63,201 nucleotides of DNA from Patescibacteria group bacterium (lineage in GTDB: Bacteria; Patescibacteriota; Microgenomatia; UBA1400; JAHJAY01). The DNA is taken from positions 1-63,201 of the forward strand of contig JAHJAY010000026.1 of the NCBI GenBank assembly GCA_018813815.1. Direction: 5' to 3'. The stretch's first letter is position 1. Every line of letters starts with the position of its first letter. A program made the position numbers and the translations under genes. The notes beneath the pieces were generated by a model. It saw nothing but the letters and a program-made list of their open reading frames with translations, ran no database searches and was not told the DNA's origin. Below are positions 17,103 through 26,446 of this stretch, piece by piece.

Positions 17103-18676
17103 AAAAATGGTTTAAAAGACATCGGCGCTGCTTAATAACTTGTGGGGCGATATTAGTTTTAAGCATAGTTATTTCCCGGTATTTTTTTCGTTCCGGCTAT
17201 TTTTTGACTGATGATGGTGAATGGGCAATTATTCGTTTGGCTTCAATGATGCGGATTTTAAAAAGCGGTCAGTTTCCGGCCCGTTGGTCATACTATCTTA
17301 ATCATGGTTATGGTTATCCTTTGTTTAATTTTGTTTACCCTTTACCTTATTATTTAGGCGTGCCTTTGAGTTTTATTTTTGGCTTGATTAATACGATTAA
17401 GTTAGAATTTGCTTTAACAGTTTTACTTTCCGGATTAGGCATGTATGTGTTAGTTAAAAACTTTTGGGGTCAAGCGGCTGGTTTATTGGCCGCCGGTTTT
17501 TATCTTTTGGCGCCCTTTCGTCTGGTTAATCTTTATGTGCGTGGTTCTTTGGGTGAGTCTTGGGCAATGGCATTTTACCCTTGGATTTTCTGGGCGATTA
17601 AAACCCGACGCTGGCTGTTAACTGGCTTTTTATTAGCCGGTTTAATTTTAAGTCATAATGTCAGTGCCTTATTTTTTATCCCCATTGCTTTTATTTATTC
17701 GTTGGTGATTTTTTCTAAACACTCAAAACACGATATATTAAATACTATATACTGCTTTGTTACTGCTTTTGCCCTCTCAGCCTTTTTTTGGCTTCCGGCC
17801 CTGTTGGAAAAAAAATATCTCATCTTATCTCAAAGCGCATTAACTGATAAAAGCCAGCATTTTATCAGTTTGAGCCGATTGCTTTTTAGCCCTTGGGGTT
17901 ATGGTTCGCCGTTAAGTGATGCTCCTTTTACCTTTCAAATCGGCTGGCCGGCAATGATCTGTGCTTCACTTGGTTTTGTTTTGAGTTTAAGATCCAAAAA
18001 AAGAAACAAATTCTTAAAATTTGGCATTTGGCATTTGGCATTTTTAATTTTTACGATGCTGCCAATTTCCGAACCGTTCTGGAATCTGTCTTTACTTAAT
18101 CAAGTTGATTTTCCCTGGCGCTTATTGGGTCCGGCGAGCTTTTTTTTAAGCCTAAGTGCTGTTAGTTTAGCTCAAAAAAAAGCCTGGCGGCCGTTAGTGG
18201 TTGGCGCCTTAGTTTTATCTGCTTTTTTATATTTACCCCAAGCCAAGCCAGCTCAAAGTTTAGTTAAAAGTGACGGCTATTATTATTCCAACGATGCTAC
18301 CACTACTTCGGCTGATGAATTAATGCCGGTTTGGGTGAAACAAAAACCCCTGCAAAGACCGGCCGAACCGCTTCAGCTGGATTTTTCAGTTAATTTAAAC
18401 CAAGCGGAAACTTTAACTATTAACCAACTTTATTTTCCCGGCTGGCAAGCTTGGGTGGATGATCAAGCCGTGGCTGTTCAGCCGGAAGGCGAGCAGGGAT
18501 TGATTGGTATTCCGATGCCTGTTGGTCAACATGATGTTAAAGTTAAGCTCACCAGCACGCCAATTCAAAAACTAAGCAATTTAATTTCTTTATTTAGCTT
18601 AATAGGAATTTTACTAGCTGCCATCATTAATCTGATACATGTGGCCGCGTTATCCAGATGTAAGGAATCATGTTGA
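17099..18676 (+). CDS. GT-C candidate, PTPS_related/YfhO-like membrane protein (series B, copy 1)
   Basis: LTDDGEWAIIRL, GQFPARW, GYGYPLFNFVYPLPYY, RGSLGESWAMAFYP, C-terminal LYFPGWQAWVDDQ. GTGA overlap with the upstream gene. Confidence 0.7.
   Translation: MKKWFKRHRRCLITCGAILVLSIVISRYFFRSGYFLTDDGEWAIIRLASMMRILKSGQFPARWSYYLNHGYGYPLFNFVYPLPYYLGVPLSFIFGLINTIKLEFALTVLLSGLGMYVLVKNFWGQAAGLLAAGFYLLAPFRLVNLYVRGSLGESWAMAFYPWIFWAIKTRRWLLTGFLLAGLILSHNVSALFFIPIAFIYSLVIFSKHSKHDILNTIYCFVTAFALSAFFWLPALLEKKYLILSQSALTDKSQHFISLSRLLFSPWGYGSPLSDAPFTFQIGWPAMICASLGFVLSLRSKKRNKFLKFGIWHLAFLIFTMLPISEPFWNLSLLNQVDFPWRLLGPASFFLSLSAVSLAQKKAWRPLVVGALVLSAFLYLPQAKPAQSLVKSDGYYYSNDATTTSADELMPVWVKQKPLQRPAEPLQLDFSVNLNQAETLTINQLYFPGWQAWVDDQAVAVQPEGEQGLIGIPMPVGQHDVKVKLTSTPIQKLSNLISLFSLIGILLAAIINLIHVAALSRCKESC
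18019..18043 (+). repeat. 7-bp tandem repeat (ATTTGGC x3.6) inside a CDS
   Basis: atttggc atttggc atttggc attt, in ORF 17099-18676. Confidence 0.85.
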
Positions 18677-20331
18677 TTAATGTTAAAAAAAACCTATTCT
18701 ATATTATTATTCTTTTACTTTTAAGTTTGGCTGCGGTTTGGCCTTTTTTTAAGCCGGGTTTTTTCTCCTTTCATGATAATACTCAAGTGGTTCGGGTTCA
18801 GCAGATGGCAGAAGCTCTGCGGGATGGTCAATTGCCGGTCCGTTGGGTTCGGGACTTGGGTTATGGTTATGGTTACCCGATTTTTAATTTTTATGCTCCT
18901 TTACCTTACTATTTTGCCGGCTTGTTGGTGTTATTAGGCTGCAGTTCAATTGTGGCAGTTAAGCTAATGATGGCTGTGCCGCTGGTTTTATCCGGTGTGG
19001 CTATGTTTTTCTGGGCTAAATCTAATTGGGGCCGATTAGGCGGTTTAGTTGCCGGATTGTTTTATGTCTATGCTCCTTATAAAGCAGCTGATTGCTATGT
19101 GCGCGGCGCAGTCGGGGAATTATGGGCAATGATGTTTTTACCCTTAGTGTTTTTGGGACTGCAGAGTCTTTTTAACCAAAGTAAGGCCAGGCCGGTTCTT
19201 TTAGCAGTGGCTTTAGCCGGCGTAATCCTGTCGCACAACATTTTAGCTCTCTTAACTGCTTTGGTTTTAGTGATAATATTGCTTGTTGCTTTTTTTCTTC
19301 GCTTATTGGCAACCCGAAAACAATTGATCCGTTTATTGTTTGCTATTGCTTTGGCTTTAGGTTTAAGCGCCTTTTTTTGGCTGCCGGCTATTACAGAGGC
19401 CTTTTTAACTAAAGTCCAAACTTTATCTCAAGGCGCTAACCACTATAGCCAGCATTTTGTTTATCTGGATCAGCTGTGGAATTCTTTGTGGGGTTTTGCC
19501 GGTTCTGCGCCCGGTCGTTTAGACGGTATGTCCTTTAAAATCGGCAAACTTCATTTATTGGCCGCTCTTGCGGGTTTGGGGTTGCTGTGGTTTAAAAAAA
19601 ACCTCAAGCGCCTAAAAAAACAAACCTTTGTATTGGCAATTTTACCTTTGGTTATAAGTGTTGTAATGATGCTTCAAATCAGTCAGCCGGTTTGGGAGCT
19701 GGTGTCTCCCTTGGTTTTTGTTCAATATCCTTGGCGCTTTTTGGTGTTTACAATTCTGACGGCTTCTTTTTTAACCGGGGCGGTTTTTGTGCCTCAACCA
19801 ACCAAACAATATACTTGGTTGAAGTGGACAGTCGCCGCTGGTTTAATAGTCGGCTTGTTGTTTTTAAATCTTAAATTTTTTAAAGCCCAGGCGCATTTTC
19901 AGGCGCAAAGCGAGGATTATACTAATCGGGAAAACATTATTTGGGAGACTTCTAAAATTTCTGATGAGTATTTACCCAAGAACTTTAAGGTTCCTGATGA
20001 GATTTCAGCCATAAAACAAGATTTGGTTGTGGCGGATAAGCCGGATACGAAAATAGAAATTTTAAGCCACAAAAGCAATCTCATAAACATTAAAGTAAAT
20101 AGTCCCGGATCAGCTGAATTAACCGTTTATTTAACTTATTTTCCTGACTGGCAAGTATTTTTAGACCAGCAGTTTCACAGTTTTAAAACAAAAGATGGTT
20201 TTATAGTAATTTATGTACCTGAGGGAGAACATCTGGTAACGCTTCAATTAAAAGACAGTTCAATAAGAAAACTAGCCAATAAAATTTCTTTGTTTTCCCT
20301 GGCAGTTCTTTTTGGGGTAAAATACTGGTAA
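18670..20331 (+). CDS. GT-C candidate, PTPS_related/YfhO-like membrane protein (series B, copy 2)
   Basis: FHDNTQVVRV, GQLPVRW, GYGYPIFNFYAPLPYY, RGAVGELWAMMFLP, C-terminal TYFPDWQVFLDQQ. Confidence 0.7.
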   Translation: MLINVKKNLFYIIILLLLSLAAVWPFFKPGFFSFHDNTQVVRVQQMAEALRDGQLPVRWVRDLGYGYGYPIFNFYAPLPYYFAGLLVLLGCSSIVAVKLMMAVPLVLSGVAMFFWAKSNWGRLGGLVAGLFYVYAPYKAADCYVRGAVGELWAMMFLPLVFLGLQSLFNQSKARPVLLAVALAGVILSHNILALLTALVLVIILLVAFFLRLLATRKQLIRLLFAIALALGLSAFFWLPAITEAFLTKVQTLSQGANHYSQHFVYLDQLWNSLWGFAGSAPGRLDGMSFKIGKLHLLAALAGLGLLWFKKNLKRLKKQTFVLAILPLVISVVMMLQISQPVWELVSPLVFVQYPWRFLVFTILTASFLTGAVFVPQPTKQYTWLKWTVAAGLIVGLLFLNLKFFKAQAHFQAQSEDYTNRENIIWETSKISDEYLPKNFKVPDEISAIKQDLVVADKPDTKIEILSHKSNLINIKVNSPGSAELTVYLTYFPDWQVFLDQQFHSFKTKDGFIVIYVPEGEHLVTLQLKDSSIRKLANKISLFSLAVLFGVKYW

Positions 20332-20341
20332 GGAGGCGCAG

Positions 20342-21583
20342 ATGATTAAAAATAAAATTCTTTATAGTAATTTTGCGAGTTGGGTTTTGGATATTGTTAA
20401 GGCCAAAGGGAGTTATATTTGGGATAAAAAAGGCAAGCGATTAATCGACTTTACTTCGGCCTGGAACGTGACTAATTTAGGCTGGAACAATCCCGAAATA
20501 ACTGCTGTTATGATTAATCAAGCCAAGAAGAACAATTGTGTTCCTGGTTGGGCTGCTGATCCAATTCAACAAAAGTATGCCAGTTTGTTAACCCAGTCAT
20601 TGCCGGAAAAGCTCAGTGTAGTTATTCGCGCCACTGGTGGAACTGAGGCTAATGAGGATGCTCTTCAGCTGGCACGTGCTTATACAGGGCGTTCCCAAAT
20701 AATTGGTTTTAGCAATGCTTATAATGGTCATTCAATGGCAATTTTAGCTTTGACTTTTTCGCCTCAAAGCACCAAGCGGATTGCGCCCCTTATGGGTAAA
20801 GCGATCCAGATGTCATTTCCCCGAGTAAGCGATTCACCGGGGGAGTCTCAAAAAAGACTCAAGCGGTTTGGTAAAAAACTGGAAACTATATTAGCCAAAA
20901 AAGACGTTGCTGGTGTGTTAGTAGAGCCGGGGATTATCACGGGCGGAGGCTCAACTGCAATAGCACCCAAAGGCTTTTGTCAGCTGATAAGACGATTAAC
21001 CAGGGAATATGGTACGCTTTTAATTTTTGATGAAGTCGGCACCGGATTTTCCCGTTGCGGCAAGCTGTTTGGTATGGAACTGGAAGGAGCGGTGCCTGAT
21101 ATTGTTACTTTGGCTAAAGGGATGGCTAATGGAGCGGCGGGTATCGGAGCAGTGGTTACTACTCAAGAGATTGCCGAAAAATCTTATCAGGCGATTCAGT
21201 TTTATTCGACTTTTGGCTGGATGCCGCCAGCTTGTGCGGCAGCCTTAAAAACTTTAGAGATTCATAAGCGGGACAAAGTGTGGCTTAAGGCCAAAAAAGA
21301 CGGCGACTATTTACAGGCAGTTCTTAAGCGGGAATTATTAGGGCATCCTAATTTTGAGACAGTCAATGGTATTGGTATGGAAGTTGGTCTGGGTTTAAAC
21401 AAAGATAAAAAGATTGGCAAGGTTAGTTTAGTTGATAAAGTAGTGGTTAGAGCCAGAGAAAAAGGCCTGTTTTTGGTAGGGAATCACGAAAACAATATTC
21501 AGCTGATGCCGCCGCTAACAATTACAAGAAAAGATCTAGATAAAGGAATTGAGATATTAGTTAAGGCAATTAAATCTTTTTAA
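20342..21583 (+). CDS. class-III pyridoxal-phosphate aminotransferase
   Basis: ATGGTEANEDAL, LIFDEVGTGFSRCG, PDIVTLAKGMANG (PLP-lysine motif). AGGAGG at 20331-20336. Confidence 0.88.
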   Translation: MIKNKILYSNFASWVLDIVKAKGSYIWDKKGKRLIDFTSAWNVTNLGWNNPEITAVMINQAKKNNCVPGWAADPIQQKYASLLTQSLPEKLSVVIRATGGTEANEDALQLARAYTGRSQIIGFSNAYNGHSMAILALTFSPQSTKRIAPLMGKAIQMSFPRVSDSPGESQKRLKRFGKKLETILAKKDVAGVLVEPGIITGGGSTAIAPKGFCQLIRRLTREYGTLLIFDEVGTGFSRCGKLFGMELEGAVPDIVTLAKGMANGAAGIGAVVTTQEIAEKSYQAIQFYSTFGWMPPACAAALKTLEIHKRDKVWLKAKKDGDYLQAVLKRELLGHPNFETVNGIGMEVGLGLNKDKKIGKVSLVDKVVVRAREKGLFLVGNHENNIQLMPPLTITRKDLDKGIEILVKAIKSF

Positions 21584-21584
21584 T

Positions 21585-23063
21585 ATGACGAAAAAAGAGC
21601 AGGCGGCTGATCGGCAGTTTCTGAAAATAAAAACCCGGTCAATTAAAGGCGTGGTGGCTTTAGGTTCGCGCACAGCCGCGCTTCAGCTGGTTACTTTTCT
21701 GGCTACTTTTGCCTTGACGATTCTGCTGAATCCCGAAGAATACGGCGTTTTCTTTTTAATTTCCGCCCTGATTAATTTTTTTACTTATTTTTCTGATATT
21801 GGTTTAGCCGCGGCCCTGATTCAAAAAAAGAAAAAACTGAGCCAGGATGATTTGAACACCACTTTTTTAATTCAGCAATTTTTAGTGGTGAGCTTGGTAA
21901 TTTTAGCCTGGATTGTATCCTCCCGGGTGAGTCGCTGGTATGGTTTAAGTGTAAGCGGCCTGTGGCTTTACCGGGCCTTGGCCTTTTCCTTATTGCTTTC
22001 TTCTTTAAAAACGATTCCTTCAATTATTTTAGAGCGTCAGTTATTATTCAGTCGTTTGGTTTTACCCCAGGTGTTTGAAACTTTGGCTTTTTATTCGGTG
22101 GCGGTTTTTTTGGCTTGGCGCGGCTTTGGGGTTAATAGTTTTAGCTATGCGGTTTTAGCTCGGGGAGTATTGGGCTTAGTGACGATTTATTGGCTTGTTC
22201 CCTGGCGGCCGAGTTTAAGATTAAACTGGCGGGTAGCTAAGCGGTTGTTTTCTTTTGGTGTGCCTTTTCAGCTCAATAGCCTGTTGGCTTTAATAAAAGA
22301 CGATCTTTTAATCGCCTTTTTAGGCAAGATTTTGCCTTTGCAAGCAGTTGGCTATATTGGCTGGGCGCAAAAGTGGGCCCTTTTTCCTTTTCGGATTGTG
22401 GCTGATAATTTAATTCGTATCACCTTTCCGGTTTATGCCCGGTTGCAAAAGTTTCCCGGCAAGCTCAAAGCGGCAGTAGAAAAATCAATTTATGCGGTAG
22501 CGGTTTTGGTTTTTCCGGCTTTAACCGGCCTGGCTTTGATAGCCGATAAATTTGTCGTTCTGTTTCCTAATTATGAAAAATGGCAGCCGGCAGTTTTAGC
22601 TTTAAGGTTTTTTTGTATTAATGGTTTGTTTGCCAGTATTTCTACCAGTTTAACCAATATGCTGGCCGCAATTGGCAAGATAAAAATTAATCTTAAGCTG
22701 ATGGTGTTTTGGACAACCCTAACCTGGATATTGACGCCGGTGTTGGTCTTTAAAATTGGCTACAATGGCGCGGCCTTGGCCTCAGCTTTAGTGGCGTCAA
22801 CTTCATTTATCACTGTTTATTTAGCTAAAAAAGAATTACCGTTTCGCTTTTTTTCGCGCGTTTGGCCGCCGGCCTTATCCAGTTTAATCATGGCGCTTGG
22901 TTTTTATGCTTTGGCCCCGTTGTTAACCGGTTCACTCCTGCGTTTAGGACTGCTGATTTTTATTAGTGCTATAATTTATCTGATAGCCATGTTGGCTTTT
23001 AACCGTCAGCAACTTTACCATGAAATCAAATCAATAAGAGGGGGTTTTAGCAAAAATGACTAA
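21585..23063 (+). CDS. Wzx-like MOP-superfamily oligosaccharide/polysaccharide flippase
   Basis: 492 aa, about 12-14 TM. Polysaccharide-biosynthesis-protein-like N-terminus (ALGSRTAALQLVTFLATFALTILLNPEEYGVF, DIGLAAALIQ). Confidence 0.78.
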   Translation: MTKKEQAADRQFLKIKTRSIKGVVALGSRTAALQLVTFLATFALTILLNPEEYGVFFLISALINFFTYFSDIGLAAALIQKKKKLSQDDLNTTFLIQQFLVVSLVILAWIVSSRVSRWYGLSVSGLWLYRALAFSLLLSSLKTIPSIILERQLLFSRLVLPQVFETLAFYSVAVFLAWRGFGVNSFSYAVLARGVLGLVTIYWLVPWRPSLRLNWRVAKRLFSFGVPFQLNSLLALIKDDLLIAFLGKILPLQAVGYIGWAQKWALFPFRIVADNLIRITFPVYARLQKFPGKLKAAVEKSIYAVAVLVFPALTGLALIADKFVVLFPNYEKWQPAVLALRFFCINGLFASISTSLTNMLAAIGKIKINLKLMVFWTTLTWILTPVLVFKIGYNGAALASALVASTSFITVYLAKKELPFRFFSRVWPPALSSLIMALGFYALAPLLTGSLLRLGLLIFISAIIYLIAMLAFNRQQLYHEIKSIRGGFSKND

Positions 23064-23946
23064 AATATCAGTTGTTGTCTCTGCTCACAATGAAGAAAAA
23101 AACATTGTTGAGTGTTTAAAATCTGTGGCCTGGGTGGATGAAATTATTTTAATTGATAGCGCTTCTTCAGATCAAACCGTTGTTTTGGCTAAGCAATTTA
23201 AAGCTAAAATTTTCCGCCGGCCTAATTATCCCATGCTTAATAAGAATAAAAATTTCGGCTTTGCCAAAGCCAGCGGTGACTGGATTTTAAATCTGGACGC
23301 AGATGAACGGGTTTCTTCACCCTTAAAAAAAGAAATCCTGGTTGTAGTTAAAAAAAACCAACAGCCGGCCGGTTATACTATTCCCCGGAAAAACATTATT
23401 TTTGGCAAATGGATTAAACATGGTTTATGGTATCCTGACGAGCAGCTGCGCTTATTCCGGCGCAGCAAAGGAAAGTTTCCTGAAGTTCATGTTCATGAAA
23501 AAGTAACAGTTAAGGGCAGTTTGGGCCAGCTTAAAAACCACATAGTTCACTATAACTACCGGACCATTAGCCAGTTTCTTTACAAAATGCAGTATCTTTA
23601 TGTGCCTAATGAGGTAGATAATTTTATTAAATCGGGCAAAAAGATTTATTGGCATGATGCGCTTCGTTTTCCGGCTAATGATTTTATTAAAAACTTTTTC
23701 CGGCTCCAGGGTTATAAAGATGGTTTGCATGGTTTAGTTTTATGCTTATTGCAGGCTTTTTATAGCTTGTTGGTTTTTTGTTATATTTGGGAAAAACAAG
23801 GCTTTTGGCAATTTGAACAAAAGAATTTTTTAAGTCAGATCAACATTGAATTCAAGCAGATAAAGAAAAACCTGCGCTATTGGCAGATAAAAGCCAAGGC
23901 TATACCAGAGGTTATTAAAAAGATTTTGTTGAAATTAAATCGTTAA
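23056..23946 (+). CDS. GT2 glycosyltransferase (paralog of 27190 and of the N-terminus of 46496)
   Basis: ISVVVSAHNEEKNI, ILIDSASSDQT, LDADERVS, HVHEKV. Confidence 0.85.
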   Translation: MTKISVVVSAHNEEKNIVECLKSVAWVDEIILIDSASSDQTVVLAKQFKAKIFRRPNYPMLNKNKNFGFAKASGDWILNLDADERVSSPLKKEILVVVKKNQQPAGYTIPRKNIIFGKWIKHGLWYPDEQLRLFRRSKGKFPEVHVHEKVTVKGSLGQLKNHIVHYNYRTISQFLYKMQYLYVPNEVDNFIKSGKKIYWHDALRFPANDFIKNFFRLQGYKDGLHGLVLCLLQAFYSLLVFCYIWEKQGFWQFEQKNFLSQINIEFKQIKKNLRYWQIKAKAIPEVIKKILLKLNR

Positions 23947-24076
23947 AAAAGCATAGTTATCTGTTTTTTAAATGCGTCGCTGAGTGAGCAGAAAGACTGT
24001 GATTTAGTTTAAAGGTTTATGCGAACGAAGCGTTGAGCGAATATTTAAAATAAACTAGATTATATTATCTGATAAT

Positions 24077-25531
24077 ATGAGCGTCATTTTTAAAAATATG
24101 ATAACGAGCTTTAAAAGCGTTTTTGTTTTGAAAAAACATCCCTGGGTTTTTGCTCTATTATTAGGTTTATTACTTGTTTTTCCGACTTTAACTACTTTTT
24201 TTAGCGGTGACGATTTTTTTCATTTAAAAATTTCTCAAGCCAATAATCTTCAGGAGGTAGGCAGTTTTTTTTCTTTTTACAAACCAAGCGGAGAGTTTTT
24301 GTTTTATCGACCCCTAACTACCCAACTGCCAAATTTTATTTTTTTTAAACTTTTTGGTTTGAATTCGACCCCTTATCACTTGTTAGGCTGGTTGCTTTTT
24401 AGTTTGATAATTTATTTGGTTTATCAGTTGGCTAAAGAGATTTCCGGTAATAAAAAAGCTGCTTTATGGACCAGCTTTTTTTATGGTCTGTCAGCCTCCA
24501 ATTTTACCCGATTGGCCTGGATTGCCCAAATTCAGGAATTAGGTTTTGGGGTGAATTTTTTGGCCGCCTGTTTGTTCTTTTTAAGAAATCGGCTGGGACT
24601 GTCTTTATTGTTTTTTCTCTTAGCTTTAGGTTCTAAAGAATCAGCTGTAGTTTTGCCGCTGGTTTTATTAGTTTTAATTTTTTTTCCGAAAAAAATATTT
24701 AATAAAAAATATTTTGCATTTTTCATTTTGAATTTTGCATTTTTATTGGTTTATCTTTATTTTAGAGTTTTTAAAATGGGGTTTTCCGCTGAAGCCCATT
24801 ATTTTACCGACTTTTCTTTCAAAACAGCGCTTAATACTGCTTTTTGGTATGGGTTGTGGGCTTTAAGCCTGCCTGAGTTGCTGGTTGATTATGTTAGTTC
24901 TGGTTTGCAAATCAACCCGCGGCTTTGGCTATTGCACGGTCAATATATGAAGCCGATTTTGGCGTTTTTCGGGCTGTTTGGTTTGACAGTTTTACTGGCT
25001 GTGATTCGGGGCTGGTCAAGGATTAATAAGCGCTTGGTTGGGTTGGCTGGTTTTTGGTTTGTGATTAATCTTTTACCTCACCTTTTTTCACCTTTTCATA
25101 AGTTCAGCTACGAATTAACCGTGCCCTTGTTTGGGATTGCTTTGGCTTTGGCTTTAATTTTTGCTCAATCAAAACCACCACGTTTAGCTCCCTTAGCATT
25201 AGGGCTGTTTTTTGGCTTGTCGGCTTTAACCAATTGCTTAACTTTTAAAACTCATTGGTCATTTCAGCGCGGCCAAATAGTGCGTCGAGTGCTGGATTAT
25301 ATGGCGCGTTATTATCCTCAATCTCCGGAACAACCGCTGTTCTTTTATAATGATCTTCCAACAGAAAATGCTATTTGGGGTGTTTCCCGCCAGATTGATC
25401 AGGGTTTGTTTGGCAGTTATGCTTTACGGCTTTTTTATCAAAAGCCTGAGCTGGTGGTTTATTTTGAGGACGATTCACCGCCGCCAGCCGGCGAGCCGGT
25501 TATTAAACTCCCTGCCAGTGCTTTTTTCTGA
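24077..25531 (+). CDS. polytopic membrane protein, GT-C candidate (PMT/TMTC-like)
   Basis: First-loop FFSGDDFFHLK, FYRPL, LALGSKESAVVLPLVL. About 11 TM. First gene after the only 130-bp gap in the plus-strand array. Confidence 0.55.
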   Translation: MSVIFKNMITSFKSVFVLKKHPWVFALLLGLLLVFPTLTTFFSGDDFFHLKISQANNLQEVGSFFSFYKPSGEFLFYRPLTTQLPNFIFFKLFGLNSTPYHLLGWLLFSLIIYLVYQLAKEISGNKKAALWTSFFYGLSASNFTRLAWIAQIQELGFGVNFLAACLFFLRNRLGLSLLFFLLALGSKESAVVLPLVLLVLIFFPKKIFNKKYFAFFILNFAFLLVYLYFRVFKMGFSAEAHYFTDFSFKTALNTAFWYGLWALSLPELLVDYVSSGLQINPRLWLLHGQYMKPILAFFGLFGLTVLLAVIRGWSRINKRLVGLAGFWFVINLLPHLFSPFHKFSYELTVPLFGIALALALIFAQSKPPRLAPLALGLFFGLSALTNCLTFKTHWSFQRGQIVRRVLDYMARYYPQSPEQPLFFYNDLPTENAIWGVSRQIDQGLFGSYALRLFYQKPELVVYFEDDSPPPAGEPVIKLPASAFF

Positions 25532-25549
25532 TAAAATAGGTTGGTAGCT

Positions 25550-26446
25550 ATGAAAAAAACCTTTGTTGTTTTGGTCAATTTCAATGGTTTGAAAAATACT
25601 CTAGATTGTTTACAGAGCCTTAAAAAATGTCCGGTATCAGTGGTGGTGGTTGACAATGGTTCTAGAGATAATTCAGCCAAACTGATTAAAAAACAATTTC
25701 CCCAAATTAAACTAATTGTTAATAAAACCAACCGCGGTTTTGCCGCGGCCTGCAACCAGGGCATAGATTATGGTTTAAGCCAAAAGGCCGATTATCTACT
25801 GCTTTTGAATAATGATACTTTGGTTAAACCTGATTTTGTTAACCATTTGCTTGCCCGAGCTGAGTCCAAGCCGGAAATTGGCCTGGTCGGAGCCAAGATT
25901 TATTTTGCGCCCGGGTTTGAATTTCATAAACAGCGTTATAAAAAATCTGAGCAGGGCAAGGTAATTTGGTATGCTGGTGGAGAAATTGACTGGCAGAATG
26001 TTATTGGCCGGCATTGGGGTGTTGATCAGGTTGATAGTGGCCAATTTCAACAGGTTAAATCAGTTGATTTTATTAGCGGCTGTTGTTTATTGATTAAAAC
26101 CTCAGTTTTAGAAAAAATCGGTTCTTTAGAGGAAAAATATTTTCTTTATTTAGAAGACATGGATTTTTGTGTCCGCGCCAAACGAGCCGGATATCAGTTT
26201 TATTATGAACCCAAGGCGGTTATTTGGCATAAAAATGCTGCTAGTAGTCATTGCGGTTCGGCTTTACAAGACTATTATTTTAGCCGCAACCGCTTATTGT
26301 TTGCCGCTCGATATGCGCCTTTAAAAACTTATTTGGCGGTTTTAAGACAGGCGATGGGTTTATTGCTGTCCGGCCGGCGATGGCAGAAAAAAGGCGTGGT
26401 TGATTTTTTCCTCAAAAGGTTTGATCAGGGGAGCTTTAAATCATGA
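25550..26446 (+). CDS. GT2 glycosyltransferase (WbbL/rhamnosyltransferase-like)
   Basis: VVLVNFNGLKNTLDCLQSL, VVVDNGSRDNS, LLLNNDT, YLEDMDFCVRA. ATG 25550 preferred over TTG 25541. Confidence 0.85.
   Translation: MKKTFVVLVNFNGLKNTLDCLQSLKKCPVSVVVVDNGSRDNSAKLIKKQFPQIKLIVNKTNRGFAAACNQGIDYGLSQKADYLLLLNNDTLVKPDFVNHLLARAESKPEIGLVGAKIYFAPGFEFHKQRYKKSEQGKVIWYAGGEIDWQNVIGRHWGVDQVDSGQFQQVKSVDFISGCCLLIKTSVLEKIGSLEEKYFLYLEDMDFCVRAKRAGYQFYYEPKAVIWHKNAASSHCGSALQDYYFSRNRLLFAARYAPLKTYLAVLRQAMGLLLSGRRWQKKGVVDFFLKRFDQGSFKS

Noticed and set aside
23947-24076. The only 130-bp gap in the plus-strand array, examined for a tRNA, small RNA, terminator or repeat. It contains the loosely similar boxes CGCTGAGTGAGC and CGTTGAGCGAA.
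   Set aside because: No cloverleaf-like segments or T-loop consensus. No convincing GC-rich stem followed by a T-run. The similarity between the two boxes is weak. It is probably just a promoter/spacer.
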